In this document: positions 29,764-42,190 of the stretch, piece after piece | Layout: each line of letters begins with the position of its first letter | How positions within the stretch are numbered: the first letter of the stretch is position 1 | Notes under the pieces: model-generated | What the model saw: only the letters and a program-made list of their open reading frames with translations | Databases searched by the model: none | What the model was told of the DNA's origin: nothing | Origin: Alphaproteobacteria bacterium | GTDB lineage: Bacteria; Pseudomonadota; Alphaproteobacteria; UBA7887 | NCBI GenBank assembly: GCA_965216755.1 | Contig: CBDCGL010000011.1 | Coordinates: forward strand, 3,200,001 to 3,264,000 | DNA: 64,000 bases | Direction: 5' to 3' | Program-made: the position numbers and the translations under genes

Positions 29764-30897
29764 CTAATCTCGAAGATCATCCCAAAGCTCCTTCACCTTG
29801 GCGAAGAAGCCGGACGCCTCGGGGCTGGTGTGATGGCTGCCGGCCGCGTCAAATGCGCGCAGCAGCTCGACTTGCTCGGACGTCAGATTGACCGGCGTTT
29901 CGACCGCGATCTGAACAAACATATCGCCAGCGCCCTGCCCGCGCAGGGTCGGCATGCCCTTGCCGGGCAAACGAAATTGGTGACCGGTTTGCGAGCCTTC
30001 GGGCACTGTCAACCGGGCCCGGTCGCCCTCCAACGTCGGCACTTCGATGGTCCCGCCCAGCGCCGCCGTCACCATGGAAACCGGCACGCGACAATAGATA
30101 TCCAAGCCTTCGCGGCGGAACAGATGATGGCTGGCAATACCCAAAAAAATGTACAAATCGCCGGGCGGGCCGCCGCGCACGCCGGCCTCGCCCTCACCGG
30201 AGAGGCGAATGCGGGTGCCATCCTCGACCCCGGGCGGAATATTTACTTGCAGCCGCTTTTCCTTGGCGACGCGACCGGTGCCGCCGCAAATGCGACAAGG
30301 TTTTTCGATGACCCGGCCGGCGCCATGGCATGTGCCACAAGTGCGTTCAATGGTGAAAAAACCTTGCTGAACGCGCATGCGACCCGACCCCTGGCATGCC
30401 GGACAGTTGATCGGTTTCGAGCCTTTTTCGGCACCGGTACCCGTGCAGGATTCGCAGTTGACCGTGCCGGTCGTTTGGATTGTCGCGGTTTTACCGCGAT
30501 AGGCGTCTTCCAGGTCGATTTCCAGATTGTAGCGAAGATCCGCGCCACGCCGGCCGCGCTCGGTGCCGGCGCCAGCGCGCCGACCGCCCATGAACTCCCC
30601 AAACAAATCGTCAAACACATCGGCGAATGACGACGCGGTGAAGCCAAATCCGGCACCGCCGGCCCCGCCATTCTCGAACGCCGCATGTCCAAAGCGATCG
30701 TAAGCCGCGCGGCGCTCGTCGTCTTTGAGCACTTCATAAGCTTCCGAGACATCCTTGAATTTCTGCTCGGCCGCGGGGTTGTCGGGATTGCGGTCCGGAT
30801 GAAATTTCTTCGCCAACCCGCGATAGGCTTTCTTGATCTCATCGGCGCTGGCCGATCGATCGAGGCCGAGCAAGTCGTAATAGTCGGCTTTCGCCAT
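29764..30897 (-). CDS. dnaJ: Chaperone DnaJ
   Basis: J domain HPD, G/F region, four CxxCxGxG repeats. Confidence 0.98.
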   Translation of the reverse strand: MAKADYYDLLGLDRSASADEIKKAYRGLAKKFHPDRNPDNPAAEQKFKDVSEAYEVLKDDERRAAYDRFGHAAFENGGAGGAGFGFTASSFADVFDDLFGEFMGGRRAGAGTERGRRGADLRYNLEIDLEDAYRGKTATIQTTGTVNCESCTGTGAEKGSKPINCPACQGSGRMRVQQGFFTIERTCGTCHGAGRVIEKPCRICGGTGRVAKEKRLQVNIPPGVEDGTRIRLSGEGEAGVRGGPPGDLYIFLGIASHHLFRREGLDIYCRVPVSMVTAALGGTIEVPTLEGDRARLTVPEGSQTGHQFRLPGKGMPTLRGQGAGDMFVQIAVETPVNLTSEQVELLRAFDAAGSHHTSPEASGFFAKVKELWDDLRD

Positions 30898-31006
30898 CAG
30901 TAAAGCATCCCCGCCTGTCTTAACGCGCCCGTCGGTGCCACCTCAATTGGCTCTATTGCTCGGCGCGCGGCACCCGGCCTGAGCTATTTTGCCAGGTTTT
31001 TCATGA

Positions 31007-31037
31007 TGATGCCGCATCAACACGTGACGCGGCATCA
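31007..31037 (-). terminator. Hairpin between dnaK and dnaJ
   Basis: Minus strand TGATGCCGCGTCA-cgtgt-TGATGCGGCATCA; no U tract. Confidence 0.5.
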
Positions 31038-31059
31038 CCAACATGGCTGCGTTGACGGT

Positions 31060-32976
<1,917 letters not shown>

Positions 32977-33126
32977 GAATTTCCTCTTTCTCGAAGCAGG
33001 CGGAGGCGAACGGCCTTCATAAGCACCGCACGTCCCCTTTGTAACAGGAGTCTCTTAACGCCGCGTTCTACTGCGCCGCATCCCCGCGTACGACCAGAGT
33101 CGCAGCGGCGCGGCGCACCACACGGA

Positions 33127-33156
33127 TATATGGGAGTGCAGATACCGCACTGCAAC
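33127..33156 (-). promoter_or_regulatory. Candidate sigma-32 (RpoH) promoter of dnaK
   Basis: Minus strand GTTGCA-N16-CCCATATA. Confidence 0.6.
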
Positions 33157-33176
33157 CGCGCTGTCGACCACGTTTG

Positions 33177-33833
33177 TCATACCTCTGTATCGACGCCTTC
33201 ACCCGGCGGCGGACGCTTGGCGACGCCGACCATCGCTGGACGCAAAAGCCGATCGTGGATTCGGTAACCGCACTGGATCACCTGGACCACGGTTCCGGGC
33301 GGTTGCGTGCCATCTTCGACTTCGAACATGGCCTCGTGCAAATTATGATCGAACGGCGCGCCGATCGCGTCGATCCGCTCGATCCCCTGTTTCTGCAAGG
33401 CGGTTTCAAGCATCCGCTGGGTCATCTCAATGCCTTCGATAAGGCTCTTGAGATGGTCGTCGGCACCGTCTTGGACCGCGTTCGGCACGGTTTCCAGCGC
33501 GCGCGCCAAATTGTCCGAAATGCCAACCACGTCGCGTGCGAATTCCGCGACCGCATATTTGCGCGTATCGTCACGCTCGCGCGCCGCGCGCTTGCGGACA
33601 TTCTCGGTCTCGGCCAGGGCAAGCAGACGCTGCTGTTTGAGCGATTCGATCTGCTCATGCAGAGCCTCGGCATTGTCGGCCGATTCGGGCGCCTCGGCGC
33701 CAGATTCGGCGCCAGATTCAGCGGACGCGGCGCCATCCCTGGTGGGCGCCTCGCCTGTCTCGTCCGGGCCGGGGTCGTTGTCTCGATCGGCCGCGTCCGG
33801 CGGATCCGATGGGTCGGTATCGATGTTGTTCAT
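33177..33833 (-). CDS. grpE: Nucleotide exchange factor GrpE
   Basis: AETENVRKR, DNLARAL, FDHNLHEAM, GYRIHDRLLRPAMV. Confidence 0.95.
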   Translation of the reverse strand: MNNIDTDPSDPPDAADRDNDPGPDETGEAPTRDGAASAESGAESGAEAPESADNAEALHEQIESLKQQRLLALAETENVRKRAARERDDTRKYAVAEFARDVVGISDNLARALETVPNAVQDGADDHLKSLIEGIEMTQRMLETALQKQGIERIDAIGAPFDHNLHEAMFEVEDGTQPPGTVVQVIQCGYRIHDRLLRPAMVGVAKRPPPGEGVDTEV

Positions 33834-33913
33834 GTTCGGAGTTGCCGTCGCTTGCGTTGCAAATTTCACTCGAAACAGGCTGTCGTGGCCGCGGCGCGGC
33901 CGGCCAGAGCCGG

Positions 33914-34969
33914 TTATCCTATCAGCCGCGAAATGGTGCGGGCGGTAAAGTCGACCATTGGAATAATGCGCGCATAATTGAGCCGGGTCGGGCCGATCAC
34001 GCCGATGGCACCGACACATTTTTGCGGGTCGTCATCTTCGCCGCCGCGCACCTGTCCTAGGGGCGCGACGATAAGCGAGCAACCGGCCAAGTCAAACAAT
34101 CTGTTGTCGGCACCGATAAACACATGCACGCCGTCGCCGCCAACCGTCGAATCAATCAGCCGGACCAAATTCGAGCGCCGCTCCAAAGCCTCGAACAAGC
34201 CGCGGATGCGCTCCAGGTCTTCGATCGCGTGGACATCTTCAAACAATTTGTCGCGGCCACGCAAAATCAATCGCGCGTCATCGCCGTTTTCCGACCAGGT
34301 CGCGACACCGGCTTCAACCACATTGGCCGAAAGCGCGTCCAATTCAGCGGACGCGTTTTCCAATTCCTGAGCGATGACCGCGCGCGCATCCGTCAAGGTT
34401 CGCCCCATGGCACGGGCATTAAGATAGTTGCCGGCCTCGATCAGCGCCGACGGCGTCAGGCCGTGGGGTACGTCGATCAGACGATTTTCAACCAAGCCGC
34501 TTTCCGTGACCAATATGGCCAGCGCCTTGCCAGGCGACAAATGGACGAACTCGACGTGTTTCACCGGTGATTCGGTTTTCGGCGCAAACACCAGACCGAC
34601 GGCGCTGGTCAACCCGGATAACAGCTCGGTCGCTTCATTCAAGACCTCGCTGACGCTGCGTCCGTCGCCAGCGCATTGGCCCTGGATGCTGGCCCTTTCA
34701 TCCTCGGTCAGGTCACCCACTTGCAATAGACCATCGACAAACAGGCGTAGGCCGCGATCGGTTGGCAGACGGCCGGCCGATGTATGCGGCGCATAGAGAA
34801 GGCCCAGATCTTCAAGGTCGGCCATGACATTGCGGATTGTCGCCGGCGACAACTGCATGGGCAATCGTCGCGACAATGTGCGCGATCCGACCGGCTCGCC
34901 ATTGTCGAAGTATGACTCGACGATAACGCGGAAGATCTCGCGCGAACGGGCGTTCAGTTCATTGATCAT
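33914..34969 (-). CDS. hrcA: Heat-inducible transcription repressor HrcA
   Basis: PVGSRTL, SPATIRNVMADLE, PHTSAGRLPT, GVIGPTRLNY. Confidence 0.96.
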   Translation of the reverse strand: MINELNARSREIFRVIVESYFDNGEPVGSRTLSRRLPMQLSPATIRNVMADLEDLGLLYAPHTSAGRLPTDRGLRLFVDGLLQVGDLTEDERASIQGQCAGDGRSVSEVLNEATELLSGLTSAVGLVFAPKTESPVKHVEFVHLSPGKALAILVTESGLVENRLIDVPHGLTPSALIEAGNYLNARAMGRTLTDARAVIAQELENASAELDALSANVVEAGVATWSENGDDARLILRGRDKLFEDVHAIEDLERIRGLFEALERRSNLVRLIDSTVGGDGVHVFIGADNRLFDLAGCSLIVAPLGQVRGGEDDDPQKCVGAIGVIGPTRLNYARIIPMVDFTARTISRLIG

Positions 34970-35154
34970 TCGGGTATTTGCGACGCTTGTTCTCGATCAT
35001 GGATCTGTTTCGCAAATCGAATGGAAATTTAGTGATCGTGCCTGACAGCGTCAACGTCCGCTCCGTCGGCGCGCCGCTGGACGCCGCCGCGCGCGGGCGT
35101 TAGCCTCTGGCGCCGGTTGCCAAGATCGGAGCATCAGACAAGGAGTCGCCCGCC

Positions 35155-35874
35155 ATGAGACCGTCCGGTCGCGCCGCCGATCAATTGCGCGCTGTCACAC
35201 TGCAAACTGGGGTGAACAAATATGCGGAGGGATCCTGCCTGGCATATTTCGGTGACACCCAGGTGTTGTGCACCGCCACAATCGAGGATCGGGTCCCTCC
35301 ATTTCTGCGCAACACAGGCCAGGGCTGGGTGACCGCCGAATATGGCATGCTGCCACGATCGACCGACAGCCGCATCGATCGCGAAGCGGCGCGTGGCCGA
35401 CAGTCGGGACGCACGCTCGAGATTCAACGGTTGATCGGCCGCAGCCTGCGGGCGGTGACGCAATTGGATGGCTTCGGCGAACGCCAAATCAAGGTCGACT
35501 GCGATGTCGTCCAGGCCGATGGTGGCACGCGCACGGCCGCCATCACCGGCGGCTATGTCGCCCTGCATCTGGCCTTTGACCGTCTTTTGGCTGATCAGTT
35601 GATCAGCGCCATGCCGCTGCACGATCAGGTCGCCGCCGTTTCTTGCGGCCTTTACAATGGTACGCCCGTGCTTGATCTGGACTATCCCGAAGACAGCAAC
35701 GCCGCCACCGACGCCAATTTCGTGTTGACCGCGTCGGGCGGCATTGTCGAGATTCAAGCAACGGCGGAACATACGCCCTTCGACATGGACGGCTTCAATG
35801 CCATGCTCGACCTGGCTCGCCAAGGCACGGCTGCGCTTTTCGAACGTCAAGACGCGGCATTGCAACCGAATTGA
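35155..35874 (+). CDS. rph: Ribonuclease PH
   Basis: [37 protein letters not shown]. Confidence 0.97.
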   Translation: MRPSGRAADQLRAVTLQTGVNKYAEGSCLAYFGDTQVLCTATIEDRVPPFLRNTGQGWVTAEYGMLPRSTDSRIDREAARGRQSGRTLEIQRLIGRSLRAVTQLDGFGERQIKVDCDVVQADGGTRTAAITGGYVALHLAFDRLLADQLISAMPLHDQVAAVSCGLYNGTPVLDLDYPEDSNAATDANFVLTASGGIVEIQATAEHTPFDMDGFNAMLDLARQGTAALFERQDAALQPN

Positions 35875-36497
35875 ACCAGGCCACAGGACCCCAAAGGCGG
35901 CGCCGCCTGACCGAAATCGAACTGGTCGTCGCCAGCCACAATCCAGGCAAGGTGCGCGAAATTCGCGCGCTGGTCGAACCGTTTGGATTGACGGTCTTGG
36001 CGGCCGGCGCGCTCGGTTTGGCCGAACCTGAGGAAACCGGCGACAGCTTTGCCGCCAATGCCTTGATCAAAGCCAAAGCCGCAGCACAGGGCGCGCGGCG
36101 GCCCGCATTAGCCGATGACTCGGGACTATGTGTTGACGCACTGGACGGCGCGCCCGGGATCCGCTCGGCGCGCTGGGCCGGTCCGCAGCGAGATTTTGGA
36201 GTCGCCATGACGCGCATAGCGCGTGCCTTGGGCGATACCGCCAATCGTCGCGCCCACTTCGTTTGTGCGTTGGCGCTATGTTGGCCGGATGGAGACGCCG
36301 AGACATTTGACGGCCGCGTGTATGGCACGCTGACTTTTCCGCCCCGTGGCGACAAAGGCTTCGGCTATGACCCGATTTTCGTTCCCGATGGCCACACGAT
36401 CACCTTCGGCGAAATGGATCCGAGTCAAAAAGACGCGCTCAGTCACCGCGCCGACGCTTTTCGGCAGTTGGCGGCGGCCTCTCTGACCAGGCGGTGA
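35871..36497 (+). CDS. rdgB: dITP/XTP pyrophosphatase
   Basis: [28 protein letters not shown]; start uncertain. Confidence 0.95.
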   Translation: MNQATGPQRRRRLTEIELVVASHNPGKVREIRALVEPFGLTVLAAGALGLAEPEETGDSFAANALIKAKAAAQGARRPALADDSGLCVDALDGAPGIRSARWAGPQRDFGVAMTRIARALGDTANRRAHFVCALALCWPDGDAETFDGRVYGTLTFPPRGDKGFGYDPIFVPDGHTITFGEMDPSQKDALSHRADAFRQLAAASLTRR

Positions 36498-37687
36498 TGG
36501 ACGCCACCACAACCAGCGTCGCGGCCGTGCAAGGCGCCGATGACAGTTTGGGTCTGTACGTGCATTGGCCTTTTTGCCGGGCCAAATGTCCCTATTGCGA
36601 CTTTAACAGCCACGTGGTGGCGACGATCGATCAGACGGCGTGGCGCGACGCCCTGCTGCGTGAGCTGGACCATTTTGGAGCCTTGTCGGCCGGGCGGCGG
36701 CTGGCCACGGTGTTTTTCGGCGGGGGTACGCCATCTTTGATGCCACCGGCCATCGTCGATGCGCTGTTGGCACGGCTCGCCGACCATTGGCATGTCGCCG
36801 GCGATCTGGAAGTGACGTTGGAAGCCAATCCGACATCGGCGGAAGCCGGGCGGTTAGTCGATTTTCGTGCGGCCGGAATCAATCGCCTGTCGCTGGGCGT
36901 GCAGTCTTTCGACGACGCCGAGCTGCGCTTTCTCGGTCGTCAGCACGGCGCCGCCGAGGCCCAAGCGGCAATCGCCATGGCACATCAAATTTTCGACCAT
37001 GTCTCATTCGATCTGATCTACGCCCTGCCCGACCAAACCTTGGCACAGTGGACGCGCACGTTGGACACGGCCTTGAGGATGGTCGGTGAGCACATCTCCG
37101 CCTATCAATTGACGATCGAAAAGGGAACGCCGTTCCATGCCGCCCATCGTGCCGGAGCCTGGCGCGTGCCCGACGACGCGCTTGCCCTTGGCATGTTCGC
37201 CCTGTGTCAGGAAAAACTCGCTGACGCCGGATTGCCGGCCTATGAAGTGTCGAACCATGCCCGTCCTGGACGGGCCTGCCGCCACAATCTGGGATATTGG
37301 CTCTATCGCGATTATGTCGGGATCGGCCCCGGCGCGCATGGGCGTCTGACCCATGCCGGCGATGCTGTGGCAACAGTCCAACGGCGCGCGCCGGATGCGT
37401 GGTTGCGGACGGTCCAAGCCCACGGCCACGGCACCCGGCGCCAAGAACCCTTGGATCGCGCAACCCGCTTTAGCGAATTGCTGCTGATGGGATTGCGGCT
37501 AAGCGACGGTATTCCCGAACAGCGCTTTGCCGCTGTGGTGGGCGGCCCACCTGAAAGCTGGTTGGCGCGCGAACAGCTTGCGCGACTGCAACGCAAAGGC
37601 CTCGTCATTCGTGACCAGCGCGGCCTGCGAGCCACGCCAACGGGCTTGCGCGTGCTCGATTCGGTGGTCGCCGCGCTGTTGCCGTAA
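36497..37687 (+). CDS. hemW: Radical SAM heme chaperone HemW
   Basis: YVHWPFCRAKCPYCDFN, GGGTPS, YEVSN, HNLGYW. Confidence 0.93.
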   Translation: MDATTTSVAAVQGADDSLGLYVHWPFCRAKCPYCDFNSHVVATIDQTAWRDALLRELDHFGALSAGRRLATVFFGGGTPSLMPPAIVDALLARLADHWHVAGDLEVTLEANPTSAEAGRLVDFRAAGINRLSLGVQSFDDAELRFLGRQHGAAEAQAAIAMAHQIFDHVSFDLIYALPDQTLAQWTRTLDTALRMVGEHISAYQLTIEKGTPFHAAHRAGAWRVPDDALALGMFALCQEKLADAGLPAYEVSNHARPGRACRHNLGYWLYRDYVGIGPGAHGRLTHAGDAVATVQRRAPDAWLRTVQAHGHGTRRQEPLDRATRFSELLLMGLRLSDGIPEQRFAAVVGGPPESWLAREQLARLQRKGLVIRDQRGLRATPTGLRVLDSVVAALLP

Positions 37688-37703
37688 CAATCTTTGGCCC
37701 CGG

Positions 37704-39053
37704 TCAGAAAGACGGCGTGTCGAACAGATCGGGCGCCGGGTCGATAACCCGAAAGTCTTTCGACCGCACGACATAGACCGCCAATCCGCGTCGCGCGATC
37801 CCGTCGGGGTCGAGCCGAAACGCGCCCTGCACACCATTGAAACCGTTCGGGTCTTCCAAACGCGCGCGACTGATACGCGGCGAAAGCTGGCCGCCCAACG
37901 CCGTCGCCACCATGGTCACCGCGTCATAGGCGAGCGCCGCCGGCCGCGGCGGCGCGGTGCCAAACAGCTGACGATAGCGATCGACAAAGGGCCGCCATTG
38001 GGTCGCGGGCAAGGACGCGAACCAACCGCCGATCAGCGCCGGCTCGCCCAAATTCGAATCGCGATGCCACGTTTCCAAACCCAGCAAGCGAACCTCGTTG
38101 ATATCAACATCGTGATACGGGAAAAGGGGCGCGACCGAGCGCAAATCCTGGCCGCCGCCAGCGATCAATACGGCGTCAAAGGTGGGCGCCAAGGCTTTCA
38201 TCGCCGCCGCGCGGTCCTTTGCGATCCGTTCGACCAGTTGGTTGAGCGCGCGTCGGTCCTGACCAAAATACTCGATCCGTTCGATGGCAGTGCCAAGGCG
38301 CCGCGCATTATGGGCGACGGCGCTGGCGACGATTTCGCCATAGGCGTTGTCCGGAACCAGGGCGGCGAAGCGGACATAGCCACGATCGGCGGCATAGGTG
38401 AGAATGCGATCGACCTGTTGCGCCGGCGTGACACCAAGCAAATAGACACCTGGAGCCGAGACCGCCCGGTTATTCGAGAACGCAATGACGGGGACGTTCG
38501 CGGAACGCGCGAACGGCGCGATCGCCTGGACCGAATCGGCGAACAGTGGCCCCAAGATAAGCGAAGCGCCCTGATCGATCGCCGCTTGAAATGCGGCCCG
38601 GGCGCGCGCCGGTTCGCCGGCCGTATCCAGCGGCAACAGCGACACACGATCCTCGCCGGCATCAAACAGCGCCATCTGCGCGGCATTAAGCAATGCCTCG
38701 CCGATCGCCGCCCGCGGTCCAGACAATGGCGCCAAGAATCCGACACGCAACAAACCTTCCGGCACGCCGAAGCGGTCGGCGCCACCGATGGTGACCGGCG
38801 CGCCGGTATCCAAATCCAAGACATCGACACCGGCCGGCGGCCGTGTTCCCAGCGGGTCCGCGACAACATCCGGCTCGGTTTCCACCGGCGCCGGCTCGGG
38901 TTGCGCGTCACTCTCCGGGGGCGTTACGATCCGCTGGCGTGGTCCTTCAACGCAGCCGAGCAGGAATGACAGCAAAAGGACGGACAAAACCCATGGCGCC
39001 CGCCGCCCAGTCGCTCGCGGGGCGACGGCGTGCGCGGCAGCTGGACGTGACAT
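37704..39053 (-). CDS. Penicillin-binding protein activator lipoprotein (LppC/LpoA-like)
   Basis: Lipobox LLGC; type-1 periplasmic-binding fold motifs LAPLSG, ILGPLF, LAYDAV, GFNGVQGAFR; divergent from rsmI. Confidence 0.8.
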   Translation of the reverse strand: MSRPAAAHAVAPRATGRRAPWVLSVLLLSFLLGCVEGPRQRIVTPPESDAQPEPAPVETEPDVVADPLGTRPPAGVDVLDLDTGAPVTIGGADRFGVPEGLLRVGFLAPLSGPRAAIGEALLNAAQMALFDAGEDRVSLLPLDTAGEPARARAAFQAAIDQGASLILGPLFADSVQAIAPFARSANVPVIAFSNNRAVSAPGVYLLGVTPAQQVDRILTYAADRGYVRFAALVPDNAYGEIVASAVAHNARRLGTAIERIEYFGQDRRALNQLVERIAKDRAAAMKALAPTFDAVLIAGGGQDLRSVAPLFPYHDVDINEVRLLGLETWHRDSNLGEPALIGGWFASLPATQWRPFVDRYRQLFGTAPPRPAALAYDAVTMVATALGGQLSPRISRARLEDPNGFNGVQGAFRLDPDGIARRGLAVYVVRSKDFRVIDPAPDLFDTPSF

Positions 39054-40036
39054 CTGGCGTAAAGATCCCAAAGAGCGCCCTCCGGTCTCAAAAGGGTTCG
39101 CGACGGCGGCCCCAGGGTAGCGACACGGAACCTCACAAGACAAGCAAAAGCCCGCGCCCTGGTACCACCGTCACGGGCGGTGGCGGCGATAATCGCCTGA
39201 CCTTTGGCCTATATGTGGTGGCCACGCCGATCGGCAATGCCCGCGATATCACGCTGCGTGCCTTGGACGTGCTGCGTCAAACCGACATTGTCGCCTGCGA
39301 AGACACCCGTCGGACCGGCAAATTGCTGGCGCTGCATGATGTCCGGGCCCGGATGATGGCCTACAATGACCATAATGCCGCGCGCGTCTTGCCAACCTTG
39401 GTGCGGGCACTGGGTGACGGCCAAACTGTTGCGCTGACATCGGATGCCGGCACACCGTTGATTTCGGACCCGGGCTATCGACTGGTGGTCGCGGCGATCG
39501 AAGCCGATATTCCGGTTTTCACCATTCCCGGGCCGTCGGCCGTGACCGCCGCGCTGACTGTGGCCGGCTTGCCCACCGACCGTTTTTATTTTGCCGGTTT
39601 TTTGCCAACCCGGTCGCCCGCGCGCCGGCGCGCATTGTCCGAGTTGGTCGCCATGCGCGCAACTTTGGTGTTTTTTGAATCACCCCACCGCGTCGCCGCC
39701 AGCCTCGCTGACATGGCTGACATTTTGGGCCATCGCCCCGCCGCGGTGGCGCGTGAATTGACCAAACTGTACGAGACCGTCGTCCGTCAACCACTTGCCG
39801 ACTTGGCGCGCACATTTCAACAGACCCCGGCGCGCGGCGAAGTCGCAATTGTTGTTGCCGGCGCAAACCAAAGTGCGAAGCCGGTGGCCCAAGATCAAGA
39901 CATCGACGCGCGGTTGCACGCAGCGCTGGCGACCATGTCGACGACGGCGGCCGCGGCGACGGTTGCGCGCAGTTTGGGGCTACCGCGCCGGGTCGTCTAC
40001 CGACGCGCTTTGGCCCTGAAGCGCGAGGATCCGTGA
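39047..40036 (+). CDS. rsmI: 16S rRNA C1402 2'-O-methyltransferase
   Basis: LYVVATPIGN, CEDTR, SDAGTPLISDPG, FESPHR, ARELTKLYE; start uncertain (GTG 39047). Confidence 0.93.
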   Translation: MTSGVKIPKSALRSQKGSRRRPQGSDTEPHKTSKSPRPGTTVTGGGGDNRLTFGLYVVATPIGNARDITLRALDVLRQTDIVACEDTRRTGKLLALHDVRARMMAYNDHNAARVLPTLVRALGDGQTVALTSDAGTPLISDPGYRLVVAAIEADIPVFTIPGPSAVTAALTVAGLPTDRFYFAGFLPTRSPARRRALSELVAMRATLVFFESPHRVAASLADMADILGHRPAAVARELTKLYETVVRQPLADLARTFQQTPARGEVAIVVAGANQSAKPVAQDQDIDARLHAALATMSTTAAAATVARSLGLPRRVVYRRALALKREDP

Positions 40037-40455
40037 AGCAGGTGGACGGACCGGTTGCGTCGCCGACAGGGCGACGCCGCGACGACCGCCGCGCCGCGCT
40101 GCGTTCGGGCCACCTGGCTGAACGGATGTGTCGGTGGCGATTGCGCTTGTCGGGCTGGCACATCATCGCGCGCAATTGGCGCGTCCCTGTCGGCGAAATC
40201 GACATCATCGCGCGACGTGGCGATCAGATCGCTTTTGTCGAGGTCAAGGCGCGGGCCGCCGAAAACATGACCGAGGCTGTTCCAAGCCTGCGACAGCGAC
40301 GACGAATTGCGCGCGCGGCGCAAATGTTCCTTGCCAAGAATCAGCATCTCGCATCATGTTGTGCGCGTTTTGATTTGATGGTTGTGCGACGCTGGCCGCA
40401 GGGATGGCTATGGCCACACTGGATCCGCAATGCATGGCAATTGACGCCCGACTGA
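40033..40455 (+). CDS. yraN: YraN family (UPF0102) nuclease
   Basis: G..AE, ARNWR..GEIDIIA..FVEVKAR, RFD. Confidence 0.9.
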   Translation: MKQVDGPVASPTGRRRDDRRAALRSGHLAERMCRWRLRLSGWHIIARNWRVPVGEIDIIARRGDQIAFVEVKARAAENMTEAVPSLRQRRRIARAAQMFLAKNQHLASCCARFDLMVVRRWPQGWLWPHWIRNAWQLTPD

Positions 40456-41090
40456 TCTGTCGACGCCGACAGATCGCGTTGCACCGCGCGTGTCGCGCGC
40501 TGAGCCTCGGTTGCGCCATCGCATGGGTCGCTCTACACACGGCCGGATGCTCACCCGCCGGGCTCGCCATCGGTGCCGCCGCGACCACCGGTGTCGCCGC
40601 GGCCCAAGAGCGGCCGATCGACGAGGCGGTCTCGGATACTGCCATCAGGCTGGAGCTCAATGGCCGCTTCCTCAACGAAGATGTCGCCGGCCTGTATCGC
40701 GCGACGACGTTTGATGTGGTCGAGGGCCGGGTTTTGCTGACCGGGACGGTCGCCGATTTGGCAACTCGCGACAAGGCGACCGCGCTTGCCTGGCAGAGCA
40801 AGGGCGTTCGCGCCGTGATCAATGAGCTGATCGTCGGCGACGCAACCCTCATCGACTCCGCGCGCGACCGTTGGATCACCACGCAGTTGCGTGGCAAACT
40901 TCTGGGCGACGGCGCGATCTACGACATCAACTATGCGATCAGTACCAATGACGGCGTCATTTATCTGATCGGCATTGCCCAGGATAACGCGGAGCGAAGA
41001 CGCGCTGTCGCCCACGCCAAGACCATCGCCCATGTGCGTAAGGTGGTCAGCCATGTCATTCTGCGCGATGACCCCGAACGGCCTCAATAG
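40434..41090 (+). CDS. BON-domain lipoprotein (DolP/YraP-like)
   Basis: TAGC lipobox, two BON domains (EGRVLLTG, DGVIYLIG); start uncertain. Confidence 0.85.
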   Translation: MAIDARLICRRRQIALHRACRALSLGCAIAWVALHTAGCSPAGLAIGAAATTGVAAAQERPIDEAVSDTAIRLELNGRFLNEDVAGLYRATTFDVVEGRVLLTGTVADLATRDKATALAWQSKGVRAVINELIVGDATLIDSARDRWITTQLRGKLLGDGAIYDINYAISTNDGVIYLIGIAQDNAERRRAVAHAKTIAHVRKVVSHVILRDDPERPQ

Positions 41091-41143
41091 GGTGTGCCGC
41101 GCGGTTTTTTGGCGTCGCGGCGCAGTGAGGTTATGATCCTGGC

Positions 41144-42085
41144 ATGAGCCTCGCCGTTGCCATTCAAATGGACCCCATCGAGGGGGTCGATATCGACGCC
41201 GACAGCACCTTCGCCTTGGCCCTCGAGGGCCAGGCCCGCGGTCACAGTCTGTTCCATTACTTGCCGCGCGACCTGTCCTTGCGCGATGGCCGCGTGGTGG
41301 CGCGCGCGCGGCCTTTGCAGGTGCGTCGGGTCGCGGGAGATCACTTTACGCTGGGTGAAAGCGAACGCCTGGATTTGGCTTTGTTGGACGTGGTGTTGAT
41401 GCGTCAGGATCCGCCGTTCGACATGGCCTATATCACGGCGACCCATCTGTTGGAGCGGATTCATCCGCAAACGCTGGTGGTCAACGACCCAACCGAAGTG
41501 CGCAATGCTCCGGAAAAGCTGTTCGTCACCCATTTTGCCGATGTCATGCCGCCGACCCTAATTACCAGTGATTTAGAGGAAATCGCATCATTCCGCGCCG
41601 TGCACGAAGACATCATCGTGAAGCCACTCTATGGTAATGGCGGCGCCGGTGTTTTTCACATCCGTCCGGATGACGAAAATCTCAACGCGCTGCTAGAGTT
41701 GTTTACCGAGCTTTATCGCGAGCCGATCGTCGTCCAACGTTATTTGCCCGAGGTGCGCGACGGCGACAAACGGATCATTTTAGTCGACGGCGAACCGGCT
41801 GGCGCGCTCAATCGGGTACCGCCGGCGGGCGAGGCGCGTTCGAACCTTCACGTCGGCGGCCGCGCCGAACCGGCCGAGCTGACCCGTCGCGAACGGGAAA
41901 TCTGCCACGCCATCGGCCCAGGGTTGCAAGAGCGCGGCTTGCTGTTCGCGGGCATTGACGTGATCGGCGACTATCTGACCGAAATCAACGTTACGTCGCC
42001 AACCGGTATCCAAGAGATCGATCGGTTCGACCAGGCCAATCTGTCCGCGCAGATCTGGGCAGCCATCGAACGCCGCCGCCGCTAA
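41144..42085 (+). CDS. gshB: Glutathione synthetase
   Basis: [34 protein letters not shown]. Confidence 0.97.
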   Translation: MSLAVAIQMDPIEGVDIDADSTFALALEGQARGHSLFHYLPRDLSLRDGRVVARARPLQVRRVAGDHFTLGESERLDLALLDVVLMRQDPPFDMAYITATHLLERIHPQTLVVNDPTEVRNAPEKLFVTHFADVMPPTLITSDLEEIASFRAVHEDIIVKPLYGNGGAGVFHIRPDDENLNALLELFTELYREPIVVQRYLPEVRDGDKRIILVDGEPAGALNRVPPAGEARSNLHVGGRAEPAELTRREREICHAIGPGLQERGLLFAGIDVIGDYLTEINVTSPTGIQEIDRFDQANLSAQIWAAIERRRR

Positions 42086-42190
42086 CCGATCCGCGCGGCG
42101 GTGTCCGTCGTCGATTCGATCATCAAACATGCGACCAAAGTGGTTCCTGCGGTTATAGTTCGTTTAGCAGGGATCGAATGGGGGCTCCGC

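Noticed and set aside
33115-33160. CIRCE operator upstream of dnaK
   Set aside because: Only one GCACTC half-site is present; there is no TTAGCACTC-N9-GAGTGCTAA arrangement.
33695-33719. 12-bp tandem repeat in grpE (AESG twice)
   Set aside because: In-frame low-complexity duplication in a disordered N-terminus; ordinary.
37527-38969. Long antisense or alternative-frame ORFs (480 aa here; also 19436-20656, 27075-28346, 50306-51355, 2915-3931)
   Set aside because: They are shadows of well-supported genes, expected in GC-rich DNA with strong codon bias, and show no motifs.
42140-42170. Alphaproteobacterial LexA box upstream of comM
   Set aside because: The GTTC repeats are spaced by 11 nt, not 7.
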